Positions 12,841 through 26,193 of a stretch of DNA of 64,000 nucleotides are shown here, piece by piece. The position numbers and the translations under genes were made by a program. The stretch's first letter is position 1. Each line of letters begins with the position of its first letter. The notes beneath the pieces are model-generated. The model ran no database searches. It worked only from the letters and a program-made list of their open reading frames with translations, and was not told the DNA's origin. This DNA comes from Strigamia acuminata (taxonomy: Eukaryota), in the NCBI GenBank assembly GCA_949358305.1, contig OX442314.1:22196001-22260000 (forward strand), read 5' to 3'.

Positions 12841-13362
12841 CTTTTCTCTTTCACTGTCAGTCGTGGTAAAGATGATTGAAGTTGTCTGTGTCACTTTGCC
12901 AGCATCTGGAGTCTGCTCCATGCCATGTGTCTCCAGTTTCCACCCAATGCGTTGATTATTTACCTCGGTTTGGTTACGCCCTGTTTCCCTCTGGTGACAG
13001 ATTGTTGAATTTTAAAATCAAACAAGTTTCTTGTTCTAAAATTTACATGACCATAAGCAATTTTGGGGTGTTTTTCAAACATTGGATGTTTAATTTTTGG
13101 AAATTCCTGTTTACAGTTGCTGATCAAAAAGATTTATGTTTTTAAATATTTTCTTTGTTAAAACAATTTTAAAATAAAAAAAAAAATAAAAACTCTCAAA
13201 GTGCATTTAAAATGGTATTCAAATTAATGTATACTAATGGTATTTACATATTTTATGCAAGTATCATCGCACACTTCCGTTTAAAAGTTTTCTTCGATTA
13301 AGTTTGGTGCGTATGTCAGTAGTTTGAAAAGTGGTTTATTCGTGTATAATCGATCTGAAACT

Positions 13363-13922
13363 ATGACTAATTTGTTAGAAGTCGCCTTCGCCGCCTTCAT
13401 GTCTGCTGCCGATGCCAAGGCCTCTGCTGCCGCTGCAACAGCCGCTTATGCGGCTTTTTTAGTCAACCCACCATTATCTGAACCGGATGATTTAAATTCT
13501 CTTGGACAAAATGATTTAATTCCTTGTGAACCTATTGGCATCGATGTAGATGTTAATTTGACGTATTTCGGTGAAGATGACATTCTACATTCCCTTGAAA
13601 TTGGGGTAAATTTGCTGTGCCACGATTGCGACTGGCTACCGGTAATAGCGGCGACTCATTGTTTCAAATGTACAAAATTTCAAAAATTTGCCAAAGTGCC
13701 TGGATTATACGTGGTGTTGTGCCCAAAATGTTCTCGGTTCATCTCTTTTACGGTATGTAGTATGTACCTAAATTTTATCATAAGTGAATTTTATTTATTT
13801 ATTTATTTTTATTTTTATAACTGATCCACGATTCAACGAATGGTCAAATCATCGTCCGTGATTTAACGGGAGTTACCGAATTACCAACAGCGGCACCCGA
13901 AGGCCAAGCAGATGAAATGTAA
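13363..13922 (+). CDS. Small orphan protein with Ala-rich N-terminus and three CxxC motifs (zinc-binding candidate); 3' structure uncertain
   Basis: MTNLLEVAFAAFMSAADAKASAAAA..CHDC..CFKC..CPKC; donor GTATGT at 13753; candidate last exon 13824-13922 lacks a canonical AG. Confidence 0.45.
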
Positions 13923-14484
13923 TTTAATTAAAGTCTGTAAAAAAAAAACTAACAAGTTCCGATGAAACTCTTTTATAATACTCGCTCTGTTGTTTTGAAT
14001 ATTTGATGTATATTCCAGTTATTATTTTCTTATTAATTTTTTTGTACGTATTTATTAAATTAATTGCAATTATGAATCGAACAAAACTTTGTTACCGCAA
14101 ATAACATCAATTATAGTTGTGAAATTAGGAAGAATTATTGGAGGATAGACAAGTGGAAATGAACGCGACGTGGAGACGAGAATCTATCGTCGTACAGAAT
14201 CGTGAATGGCCTTTGACTTTTTCTGCATTCGAGAAAGCATCTTTCGTTAGGGTACCGTCGTCGGGCGCAAATTCATACACTTCGGCGCGATGTAAAACGA
14301 TTAAAGTATCGAGAGAGCCGAGAGAAAGAGTTAGGTCTAAGTTTGTACAGTGATCGTACTACAAAAAGATATATGTTTTTAAATATTTTCTTTAAAATTT
14401 CTGACAGAATTTTTTATAGTCTGAAACTTTGCAAGTGTTGGAACACATGTTGTGTGAGTAATTAGAACTGAAAATTTTCGTGTT

Positions 14485-15218
14485 CCACAATTTAAAAACT
14501 GTTCTTTTTAACGTCATAAGTCGTCCCAACTAATCAGAAAATACGAGCGTCTATACAGTACAGACAAGATCCGCCTTACTGCAGCGCCATCTGCTGAGCG
14601 AACTTAATACTGTTGAATACTGACAGAAGGTCGCGTCGTGAGCTTATTTACTATGGCAGTTTCGCGTGTTTCGTGCGCTGTTCCGCTGTGTTTTAATAAT
14701 GGTAGAAAAGGGCCGATTGGGGTAACTTGGCATGCTTTTCTAAGTGTTACAGCTATGAGAAAAGAATAGATTGTAAAAATCAGACGTCATTTTGGTCCTA
14801 AATTTAAATGAGGAACAGCAAGCAAAGTTGAAGTTTTGTGTGGAGTGTTAGAGGTTTTGTTTAAAAATTCATTTTCTTTGCATAAACATTCATGTTTTTA
14901 ACATAAAAATTGACTTTTTTAACGTAAAAATTCTTTTTTTTAAACCTAACCATCCATTTTTTAATTATAACAATGTACAGTACTATTTTGTGCATCAAAT
15001 TTGCTTTTTTCTGTAAAAAAACTCCATATTTTCGCCTAAAAAGTTTAGAATACGAAATAAATTAATCTCATTTTTTGGGTAAAAATTTGCTTTTTTAACT
15101 CATAAAAACATATTTTTCCCATCTAAAATTGCTCCAATGACCACAATTTAAAAACGGTTCTTATTAACGTCATAAGTCGTCCCAACTAATCAGAAAACAC
15201 GAGCGTCTACGTACAGTA
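14485..15218 (+). repeat. About 75-bp direct duplication (14485-14560 and 15141-15218) upstream of NADSYN1
   Basis: ccacaatttaaaaac..aacgtcataagtcgtcccaactaatcagaaaa..cgagcgtcta..tacagta occurs twice with few differences. Confidence 0.85.
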
Positions 15219-15561
15219 TTGAGCTTCAAACTGACGGTGCCAGACAATTGTAATGTATCAATTCCGAGCTCATCTTTGACTAGGGAGAGATGAATAACGC
15301 GTAATATAATTAGTTAATCTTAAAATAAACAATCGTAAGTATTTAAGTCGAATTGTTTGTGCTTTGAAGTAGCTTGGAATTGATGAAATCAAACTTGATC
15401 ATTCGTCAATGAAATGAACGCGACTATTGACTACATTAGCCAGGAACTGCTTTTTTAACATGAAGTTTTATCCTGTCCCTAGATATTCAATCTAGGTCAT
15501 TGAGAGGTGGTAAGATTGATACCGTTATTACCGTAGCGGTGTTCTGCAAAATCGTAACACC

Positions 15562-18500
15562 ATGGGTCGAAAAGTAACAGTAGCTGTCTGCAGTTTAAAT
15601 CAGTGGGCGATGGATTTCCAAGGAAATTATCATCGGATTGTTGAAAGTAAGAAGTGTAGCGTACTTCAAGTATCGAATGTTGTGTAATGTTTATTTTTTG
15701 CACTTTTTACAAGGTATCGAAGTTGCCAAGGAGATGAAAGCAGCGTTTCGATCGGGTCCAGAATTAGAAATTTGGTAAAAATCAATTTTTTTGCAGTTTT
15801 CACAAATTAATTCCCAATATTTATTAGCAATTTAATTTTTATTTATTTACTTATTTTTTATTTTTTTATTTAGTGGCTACGGTTGCGGTGATCATTTTTA
15901 CGAAAGTGATACATTCATGCACTCTTGGGAAATTTTAGCCGAGTTGTTGAAAAATCCTGTTTGCCATGGAATGATCGTTGACATAGGAATGTACGGTTTT
16001 GTTTTTAAAATTTAAATGTAGTGAAAGAATTATTTACATTGAAATTAATTGATTTTAGGCCGGTAATGCACAAAAATGTCGCGTACAACTGCAGGGTCGT
16101 GCTTTTTAATAAGTAAAAAAAATTGTTTTTGTATATAAATCGACTACATAATGAAAATTTAAACGCATTGCAGGAAAATAATACTCATTCGACCTAAAAT
16201 GATACTTTGCGATGATGGAAACTATCGCGAATCACGATGGTTTACTGCGTGGGCCAAAACGAAGCAAGTGGAGGAGCATTTCCTGCCGAGAATGATAACT
16301 GATATAACTGGACAGGTGTGATATATTAATGTATATCAAATTAAAACGTTATTATTACGAAATTAAATAATTCGCAAATGTACTCGCAGAGATTTGTGCC
16401 AATTGGGGATGCAGTTTTAGCAACTATTGACACGTGTATCGGATTCGAAATTTGTGAAGAATTGTGGAATCCCAACAGGTAAAAATTATATATAAATTCA
16501 AAACCTGAGTGAATTTTAAAAGCAAATAAATTTTTTTAGTCCTCACATTCCTATGGGTTTGGATGGAATTGAGATTATTACTAACGGTAGCGCTAGTCAT
16601 CATGAATTACAAAAGGATTACGTCGCTTTCGATCTGGTTAAATCAGCATCAGCCAAAGTAATTACAAATCATTTAAATTAAATCGATCGAAAAAAATCAA
16701 AATTGTGTCGATTTTAGAGCGGCGGCATTTATATGTTTTCAAATATTCGCGGCTGCGATGGAGAGCGAGTTTTTTACAATGGAAATTCCATGATTGCAGT
16801 CAACGGTTTTTTTGTCAGTTTGTGCAAGCAATTTTCACTGGACGAAGTGGTGATAAATGATATTAAAAATTTTAAAAATGTATATTTATTTCTAAATATT
16901 TCTTTATATTATAGGAAGTAGCCACGGCAACGGTTGATTTAGAAGATATCCGCATGTACAGAAACAGCATTCGCAGTCGTAACGTTCAAGCGGCGCATTC
17001 GGAATCGTATCCCCGTATCAAAGTTGATTTTTCCCTTTCATCAGACGACGATGATTCGTGTTTAGCTTATCCGAGTCAAAAACCCATCAAGGAGCCTTAT
17101 TTTAGCCCCGAAGAGGAAATCAGGTATTGATAAAAAACGTTTTACTAAGTAATTTGTATAATTTAGTAACTTATCTTATTAAATTTTACAGTTTAGGACC
17201 GGCTTGTTGGTTGTGGGATTATTTGAGACGGTCGGGACAAGGTGGATTCCTTATACCATTGAGCGGGGGTGTAGATAGCGCCTCGACGGCGTGCATCGTT
17301 TCATGCATGTGTCATCTAGTGTTCGACGCGATTCAGAATGGCAATAAGAAAGTTCTAGCGGATTTACAACGAATTATTGGTGATTCTGCTTACGTACCGA
17401 GTAATGCTAAAGAAATATGTGATCAGATTTTAGTTACTTGTTATATGGCTACTGAAAATTCCTCTCGGGATACTCGAATGCGTGCGCAGCAATTATCTGA
17501 GGAGATTGGAAGTCATCATTTGAGTATTTCAATCGATTTAGCCGTTGCAGCCATTTTGGGAATTTTTACGAATTTATCGGGTTTAGTACCGAAGTTTAAG
17601 GCACATGGCGGGAGTGTTAGAGAAAATTTAGCTTTACAGAATGTTCAGGTAAAAATTAATCGCTTATTTTTCTTCAATTTTTACTATGAATTGTTTGTAC
17701 AGGCACGGTTGCGGATGATTCTTGCGTATTTATTTGCACAATTGATTTTATGGGTTCGTGGTCGATCAGGAAGTCTTTTAGTTTTAGGAACTGCAAATGT
17801 AGAAGAGGGGTAAATTAATTAATTCGAAATCGTTATTTATTTATTTATTAATTTTTTTTTTTTTTTTTAAATAAAGGTTGCGTGGTTATTTGACCAAATA
17901 TGATTGTTCGAGTGCCGACTTGAATCCTATTGGTGGAATTAGTAAACTAGATCTTAAGATGTTTCTTCGATTTATGAGAAAGCAATATGGATATAGTTCT
18001 CTCGATGGGTAAATGTTTGTTTATGTTTAAAGCTAATGTTGATAAAGTAAGTTACGATTAATTAGTATACTTTGTGCACCGGCATCGGCTGAATTGGAAC
18101 CATTAAAAGAAGGAACTTTAACTCAAAATGATGAAACCGACATGGGGATGACTTACGACGAACTAGCTTTGTACGGGCGATTACGGAAAATAGCAAGATG
18201 TGGCCCTTTTTCCATGTTTTGCAAACTGGTACATGAATGGAAAGATAAACATTGCCCGGACGAGGTTTGATTTTATAATTTTTTAAGTTAAAAGATATAA
18301 AATACAAATTTATCTTGAAATATTTGTATTTTTCTGTCTTGTACAAAGATTGCCGTGAAGGTAAAACATTTCTTTCGCTGCTACGCCATCAATAGACATA
18401 AAATGACTGTCATTACGCCTGCTTATCACGCTGAAACTTACAGTCCGGATGACAATCGATACGATCATCGACAATTTTTATACGATGTTACGTGGTCGTG

Positions 18501-19178
18501 GCAATTTATGAAAATAGACCAAGCGGTAAATGAAATAAAATAAAATAAAAACCGTTTTTTATTAATGATTTATTTCTTAGGTTCAACATTGGCAGAAATT
18601 TAAGAAATTTAGGAAAGATGCTGGTCAAGATGTGATCGAAAGTGGATCTACTGATAATAATACTTCATCAACTAAAACAAAACCGGCCGGAAATTTCTGT
18701 GAAAACATCACAGAAAACACACCAGAAAACAGACAAAGTATGCATACAGGCAGGGCCGATTTGCAAGGACAAAATTTACATTTTTTAAATCTCGTTTTGG
18801 TCATTTTTCCACTTCAAAATTTCTTTTCTGAAACGAAAAAGTACATTCTTGCATTTAATTACGGTATGCACATTTTCGAGTAAAATTAGTTTTTGTCTGA
18901 AGCTGGCTCTGCGCAAAATTATTTGCAATATAGTTTTTACATTTTAAAATTTATTATTTAATTTTGTTCAAGGATCGTTTGAAATCTCCCAAGCAAATAA
19001 CGAGTCAAATCAGCGAAATTGTGACACCGATATAGATTCAGAAAATTGTAAACAGGAAACGGAAGCAAATGAGCGGGAGAAACTGGATGCAGTGTATGAT
19101 TCAAAGAAAAACGAGAAGTTCGATGATACATTCGCACCTGTTAAGAAAAAAAAGTGCTTAGTTGTGTATGTGTCGTAG
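15562..19178 (+). CDS. NADSYN1: Glutamine-dependent NAD(+) synthetase
   Basis: [145 protein letters not shown] across many short introns. The last two exons (to 19178) are less certain. Confidence 0.96.
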
Positions 19179-19974
19179 AATATGAACTGCAAAACTCATT
19201 TTTAAAACAGTATTTTTTTTTTGTTGGTTTTTTTTTCTCCAGAGTTACGAATAAAAATTTGTTGACAAAAAAAATAATACAAAACCACGCTCGAACAATA
19301 CCTGATAACATTAAACGAAATCAATAACTCCAACAAACCAAGACGTTTATTTTCAATTCATTACAGAAAAACGTCATTCTTGACCCCAAAATAAAAAGAA
19401 ACTTAAACCAACGTAATACCCCATCAAACACTAAAATAATTCCCCAAAAATCCTGACGTCATCAAATATTTGTAGTCTTTTTCTCGTCAGATGTCGCATT
19501 GGATTCATTTTTAGACGCAGCCATTTTGTCTGTTTGGGTGGACTGGGGTTGTCATTCAGTCGTCTCGGAGTTGCAGACGCGGGAAAATCTCACGCCGGTT
19601 GTGGGGGTCTGGCCGAACGATGGCCCCTAAGGAAACCGGCTCTTCTTCTCCACATTATCACTGCCTCAATTTTGTTTTTCCGAATGCGTGATCGGGTTCG
19701 AGATGGGCTTCTCTGTATTGCCGTCCGAGTTGGATTCCGGTCGCGTGATAACGAGGTAAAATAACTCCCCGAGACAAAATTCAAACATCAACAATTCCTC
19801 AACAAATCTAATCGTTTTTGCAGCGCTTAATTGTCTCCGCAGCGGCCGTGCAGAGGCGATCTTAATAAGGTATTGAGTCGGTGCATGTGCATTGAATGCC
19901 GCACCCTCTTCGAAGGTCCACTCGTAGTTTTTGTCTTGCCTTTTTCCTCTTCCATTCAACCCCCTTCACCTGTC

Positions 19975-22900
19975 ATGGCCACCTGGGCCCGCCGCATGCA
20001 CAGAAGAGCTGCAACTTTGGGGAGCGTGGTCACTTCGTGCGGACATTCTACGGCCAGTCCTTATCCGAGACGGATTGAAAAGTAAGTGCGAATCGTGCGA
20101 TAAACAAAGCAAAACGTGTTGACACTAAGTCCATTGGTCGCTATTGCCTCGTCGCTGAATTATGCATTTGTGCATTCTAGGGTGAAATTATTAATATCCT
20201 GCTTTTTGTAATGTTGTGTAATTTTTTTTTTCGTTTGTTAAGATGTGGTAATTAGTGAAATTAATAAATAGAATTAAAAGTTTCTTCGCGGTGAGACGTA
20301 GGAAGTGAATCAGAGATTAGGAAATCGTTATCAATCAAATTCTTATCGCAGTCATTGTCGTTGTGCGTATCATTGAAGATTACAATTTGCAAGAAATTCT
20401 TTCTGGTTTTTTTTTTTTTTTGGTGCATTTTGAAGGGTTTCAAAATCGGATGATTTAATTATCCAAATATGTCCAGAGCTTTTAACTTCCTGCTCACTGG
20501 TAGCGAGCCTAAAGTGGATAAGTTGTGTCGTAACGATGAAAAACGTTTTTTAAAAATTTTATTTTATTATTTTTTGTGTTAAAAAACTTAAAAATCGTTG
20601 ATTTTTGTGATTTGCAGAGTGAAATTTGGTGCTTCCTTGGAGCAAGTGTGTAAAACAGGCATTCCGGGACCCCTTCTGGTAAGACTTTAGATTTTGATTG
20701 CATTTTTTACTTTTCTTTTACTAATCATTTGATTTGATATAAAATACGAGATTGGCTCTATGCACATTGTGGAAAAGCAACAAAAAAAAATGTATTTTGA
20801 AGATAAACAAACAAACAAACAAAGCCTAAGTTTAGTTTAATTCAATTTACTTTAGGTTACAGAGCTTGTTTATCTTGTTTTTATTTGTCTGATCAGCGAA
20901 CAGAAATGAAACACCTGCAGCAAAAGTATTTATTTATTTTAAATCGTTTCTAAATTTAACGAGAGGAATGAATCGAAAATTTAAATGAATGAACCGCATT
21001 TGTGCAAACCTAAAGTTGATGCATTATTTGTAAATAAATAATGGATTGATATTTCGCAAGTGAGAAGTGAGAAAGGTGCATTTTGGATTCTGTTTACCTC
21101 GAGCTCTATGTATGTGTTTGTGTGTGTGTGTGTATGTGTGTGTGTGTGTGTGTGTTGAGAGAATAGTGGGAAGCTGAGGGAACAGCTGACCCACTTTCCC
21201 CGGAGATGACACATTTCATTGATCGCTTCGGCTAAAAATAGCATTTGTCCTCTCCTCCGCTGAATAGGCAAGAAGGAGTTGGCGGATGAAAGCGGGTCTC
21301 AGCCAATGCATTTGTGAATGAAAATACTCCGCTCGCTCGCAACTAACCTGGCTATGCGGAGAAGTCCATTTTTAATAGATTTTGATGTTTGTGCAATTGA
21401 TGGCGATTTGGAAGAAATAAAATGTGCAAAATTAAAAAATGAGGGGAGAGGGGGGTGGGGAATTGTGTTTTTGATTTTTCTCGATAATTAATTTTTTGTT
21501 TACGATTTTTCTGATAATTAAATTTTTTGTTTACGATTTTTTTTCGATAATTAATTTTTTTGTTTACAATTCGGGTATCGATGGGGAAAATTGGAATTAG
21601 ATTGGGAGGGAAATAGGTGGGTTTTATTAATTATGTTTGTTAATTGGAGGAAATAAAAATTGGGAACGACGATGGCGGTTGTTTGATGTAGATACCGGTA
21701 TGTGTTTACGTTTACTGAGAATGAAATAAGATTTGAAAAGATTGAGTTGAGGCGGTCGGTTGTGCTTAGCGGGGTTTAAAAATAGATAAGAACGTAGCTA
21801 AGGTTGCAGCCATGCAATCATCCGACTTGTCAACAAGGTAATAAGAGTGAAATTTTAATTGAGCCAAAATGTGTCTCACACCTAATCGGGGCCAGATAAA
21901 TGAATGTTGAGGTCAATGATTCCTGATTTTTATTTTTTTTTTTTAAATTTTTTTTTTTTAAATTTTTTTTTTTTTTTTTTAGGTGCTCATCTTGAAACTG
22001 AACAAAGAAGGTCCCTATAAAAAAGACATTTTTCGTGCACCCGGTCATCAAGGAAATATGAAAAAGCTCATTCATTTTTTGCAAAACGGACGACTTGTTA
22101 ATATTGACAACTTCTCCACGTATACTATTGCGTCAGTACTGAAGGTAGATATTATTGTAATTATGTATGTATACAAATTGCAATTTATTTTTTTCTCAGA
22201 AATTTTTACGAAAATTGACTGATGGAATATTTGGTTCGGAAGGAGAGGAGAGATTATTTCAAATTATAGACTTAGCTGATGTAGAAGAACAAAGGGATCA
22301 AATTCATAAGTAATGATTTGCTTTAAGTTATTGATTTTTTTTTTTTTAATAATTTGATTTTTTTTTTGGTTAAATTTAGTTTGATTACATCATTGCCTAT
22401 TCATGCTCAGCGATTACTCGTCCTTTTATTTGGTACATTCCGAGTAATCGCCACCCATTCCGAACGAGCTCAAACAGGGATGACATCAGAGGCTCTTGGT
22501 GTGAGTGTCGCTCCGAGTTTTTTTCACTCTTGCGTGAGTGATGGAAAGCAAGCTAAAATGGCAGATGTGGTTCGTTTTAAGGTATAATTAATTAATATAT
22601 TTATTTATTTTATAAAAGAAAGTAAAAGAAAATGTTTTATTATTATTTTTATTATGGGTCTAATGACAAGTTATTAATTCTGGATCTGTCTGGGGATATT
22701 CTACGCCGAGAAGTGTAGAAATTGTTTTAATTGGTTTGTTTTTGTTCGATCGAGTGGAAAAATTCATTTTTTTTCTTTTCACTTTGGATGTTGCAATGTT
22801 ACACTTCGTATCTAGAAATCCGTTTAATTAAAATATTAATGACGAGAATGATTATAAAAGGAAATTTTTTAAAATTTAATTTTAAGTGGTGAAAGATGTG

Positions 22901-25900
22901 ATTGTGTAAAAAATTCCCTTAAATGTTAAAAAAAAAATGTCTAAGACGTTGTTGCTTTATTTCACTTGCCATTCCCTCGTACCAAAAGGCTGAAATCGAC
23001 GTAAGTAATGCGACCAAAGAATCAAAATAATTATTCAGTGCGGTGTCTACTATTTGCTTGCATATCTTTATGTCCTGGCATGAGAAATCAAAGTAATTTG
23101 CACGTTCCATGCGACCATTCAGCATGAATAAATGAATCAATTTTATTTAGAAATAAAATCAAAGCCATAATGGCTCCATTCATAAATGTTGACAAGTGAT
23201 GGGCTTTTTAAATCCAGGTTCAAAGTCCAGCATTGAAGCATATTGGTTTTTTTAAACTGTTTTATTTATTTATTATTATTGCATGATTTTGTACAGTGAC
23301 TGAGTCGTTTATTTTGTGGTTAAAATTGAAATTTGCTCGGTTATTTCATGCATGTGTCGGAGCATGAAACCTGAATTGTTTTTCCCATTGATTAATGCGT
23401 TTTATGTTGCACTACAGGTGGCTACGCGTATCATGAAGTTCCTTATTGATAATTTTGGCGTAACAAATTTATTCGGACGGGAGAATTACGAATACTACGC
23501 GAGGGTAACAGGAAGAGTTCTTCGAGTCGAAGAAGAATGGATTTTTTCCTTTCGCTACCCGCCCGATACGATGTTGCCACGTAAGCATGAATATTTATCT
23601 TGTACAGCGTGAGAGTTGCTCAAAACCTAATAACTTAGCAACTTGATGAATTGAGCAAAATTTCTAACTGCCAGAGCTTCAAAAACGTTTTTTAAAATTT
23701 TCTTCTTTTGTTTTTTTGATTTTCTTTTCTTTTAACTTTATTAGAGTTTGAATGTAAGTAGTGATTGTCCTTTTGCTGACTTTCTGTTTTATTTTTTAAT
23801 TAAACTGGGGTAATCAGAAGCTTTAATTGACTTTGGAGGTCCGCATTTAGTGGATTCCATCAAATCAAGGTTGTTTAATCAGTTTCTGAATACTCTTACT
23901 TGTTAGTGTTTATTTAGTTTGTGTAGTTGTTGTAAACCACAGTTGTCAGTCATTGCTTGTCCCGTATCGTAGGCCAGCAAGCATTAGCAGCTGAGAGGCT
24001 CTGGTTACAGCAAGAGAGTGAACGATGGGGACTTAGATTTAACTTAGAAGGTAAGGAGAAGAGCTGCTACTTTATATTCTAAGTATTTTATATTTTGTTG
24101 TTATCATCGTTATTATTATTATTATTATTATTTTGTCATTATTATCATTTCCACGCAACTTATAATTTTGCAGCTATTCTCCAATTTTATTTCCGTGCTT
24201 TAAATTTTTTTTAATTGCTTGTATGTTTGTGCGGCGGGGCTGTTTATGTTTTTCGTGTAATTAAATTAAATCGTTTAATAAATGAAAAATAAATAGAGTA
24301 CAAGAGTATTGTTTTATTTTGTTTAGCTTTGTCATCGCAAGAAGAAAGCCAAAGTACGCCCGCATTGCTACACATTCCAGAAGGAAGCGACGAATCACCA
24401 TCAATGCCCGGAACCAGTGCCAGTCTTGCGGTCATCCACGAACCTGCCCTTAGAGAGTCGTCTACTCGCTTGAGCATCTCCTTGGAGGAGAATGGGCTCT
24501 TCAAGGTATAATACGACTGAATAATGATCTTTAGTGATATTATTTTGTCGAATAACACTCGTGTTTTGCGGATAATCTGCGAAAATGTAATATTCTCTCG
24601 ATTATTCGCACGATATTTGTGATATAACTAATTGAGTACGTGTTTCTACAAGAAAAAGGATTGAATAACGTTTTGTGTTTGTTTTCCCTCTTTATTTGCC
24701 ACTTGAAATTGTTTAGGGTCTCCGTTCAGAAAGCAGGGTAAATATGGTATCATCTCATATCGACTTGTAAATGTGTATATTTGTTGTTTAGTTTTGTTTT
24801 TTGATTATTGTATTGCTAATTTCTTGATAGGTGTCATTTTGTAAGTGTTGTTTACTCGTTTTCTAGTTATTTGTGCGAGCTTGTTTTTGTAGCTGTCGTG
24901 CAGCGGCAGGTTGGAGTCAAGATATGTTTAATTAGTGGCTTTGTTTTTCTTGCTAGGTTTTCTTGAGCGTCTAGATGCGCTTTGTATCTCGCTCCAACTT
25001 TCTCTCGTTCTAAGATTTGCGCTTTTGTTTGCACTGCATGGTGTTGTCACTCGAATACCGAATGTTATTGTGTTTATTGACGTTAAGTCGACTACTCCTC
25101 GTCCTGAATATTGGTGGATTGATGTTGGTAATAGTTAACAAGTAGCGATTCGATCGAATAATCTTAATTTAAAAGTGAAACCCAAAGGGAGGAAATTAAA
25201 TGAACATAAGTCCATCATGAAATCCCAACCACAGTACAGTTTACTCCTTTGCCAGGTGGAACAATCACTATAGCGATGCACGTTGACCTTCCCAGCATGC
25301 CAATCCTCAGTTCAATCCATTCTCAGGTAGTTAGGTTTATTTTATATGAATTTTGCAAATTTTTCTAACCAGTAAATTTAATTTTTGCACTGCAAAAGCA
25401 ACGCTTGCTGAATGAATGAGCAATAATTATTTTTCTTAATACATACATATTTTAACTAAATTAAATTTAAATTTAATTTTTTTTTAAAAAAAAGTGCATG
25501 TTGCATTGCATGAAACACGAAACTTCACACTATAAGAGCATCTGCTCGTTTTCACTGTGTTCTCTGTATGTGTGCAATTTCTAGAAATCTTCGTCTACGA
25601 CTTCTTCATCTCACAGTGGTCACCACGCACTGACCCTGGAAGAGCTGAAGGCCATCAACTGGTACGCAGAGAGCACTAAGAGCCTCTCCTACCTCCCACA
25701 GGTGCATGAGCGCCAAACGGCACGCATGAGGACTCGTTCGGAATGGTTCCTGTCAGCACAAACAGCGCCGCCACCGACTTCTTTCATCGTAGTACCCATC
25801 GAGTTTGAGGAGAAACCCACACGCGTCTTCTTCGGGGAGAACGGCAACGCGACGAGTCGAGCACCGAGTTTGCCGGACACGCAAACCAACGGCGCGGGCG

Positions 25901-26193
25901 GCGATCGCTGGAAGATTCTGCTCAGGCGGACTTCGAGCAAGGAGAAACGACATTTGAGGCGGGGATCGAGCAAGAGCAAAAGGAACAAGGAAAACGGCAA
26001 CAAAGCGTATTCGGTCGAAGCTTTACATCAGACGGGAAGCGAACACACGTCCATGGCACCCAGTTCGGCGCTTGGACTCACCGTATCCCCGCCAATGAGG
26101 ACGCAGTCTGTGAGAAGCATCACGGATTCGGATTGTACGGAGTTGGACGTGCAGACTTTCCATATTACACTCACATACAAACCACGCATTTAG
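19975..26193 (+). CDS. RhoGAP-domain protein
   Basis: MATWARRMHRRAAT.., KFGASLEQVC, GPYKKDIFRAPG (arginine finger), IASVLKKFLRKL, MTSEALGVSVAPSFF; further in-frame exons 23419-23580, 23973-24050, 24328-24505 and 25585-26193 (..HERQTARMRTRSEWFLS..TYKPRI*). Confidence 0.88.
21119..21154. repeat. (TG)n microsatellite in a RhoGAP intron
   Basis: Run of tg dinucleotides with one interruption. Confidence 0.9.
21474..21570. repeat. Three imperfect tandem copies of a ~32-bp AT-rich unit
   Basis: gataattaattttttgtttacgatttt repeated three times. Confidence 0.75.

Noticed and set aside
14125..14358. GC-richer exon-like block open on both strands
   Set aside because: No recognisable protein and no convincing partner exon or start codon.
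14742..14754. AAGTGTTACAGCT resembling the 5' end of mammalian U7 snRNA
   Set aside because: No U7 Sm site (AATTTGTCTAG) or 3' hairpin follows; likely chance.
18751..18911. Possible hAT-type MITE remnant in a NADSYN1 intron (similar remnant near 11948-12086)
   Set aside because: TIR match is weak and no 8-bp target duplication is present.
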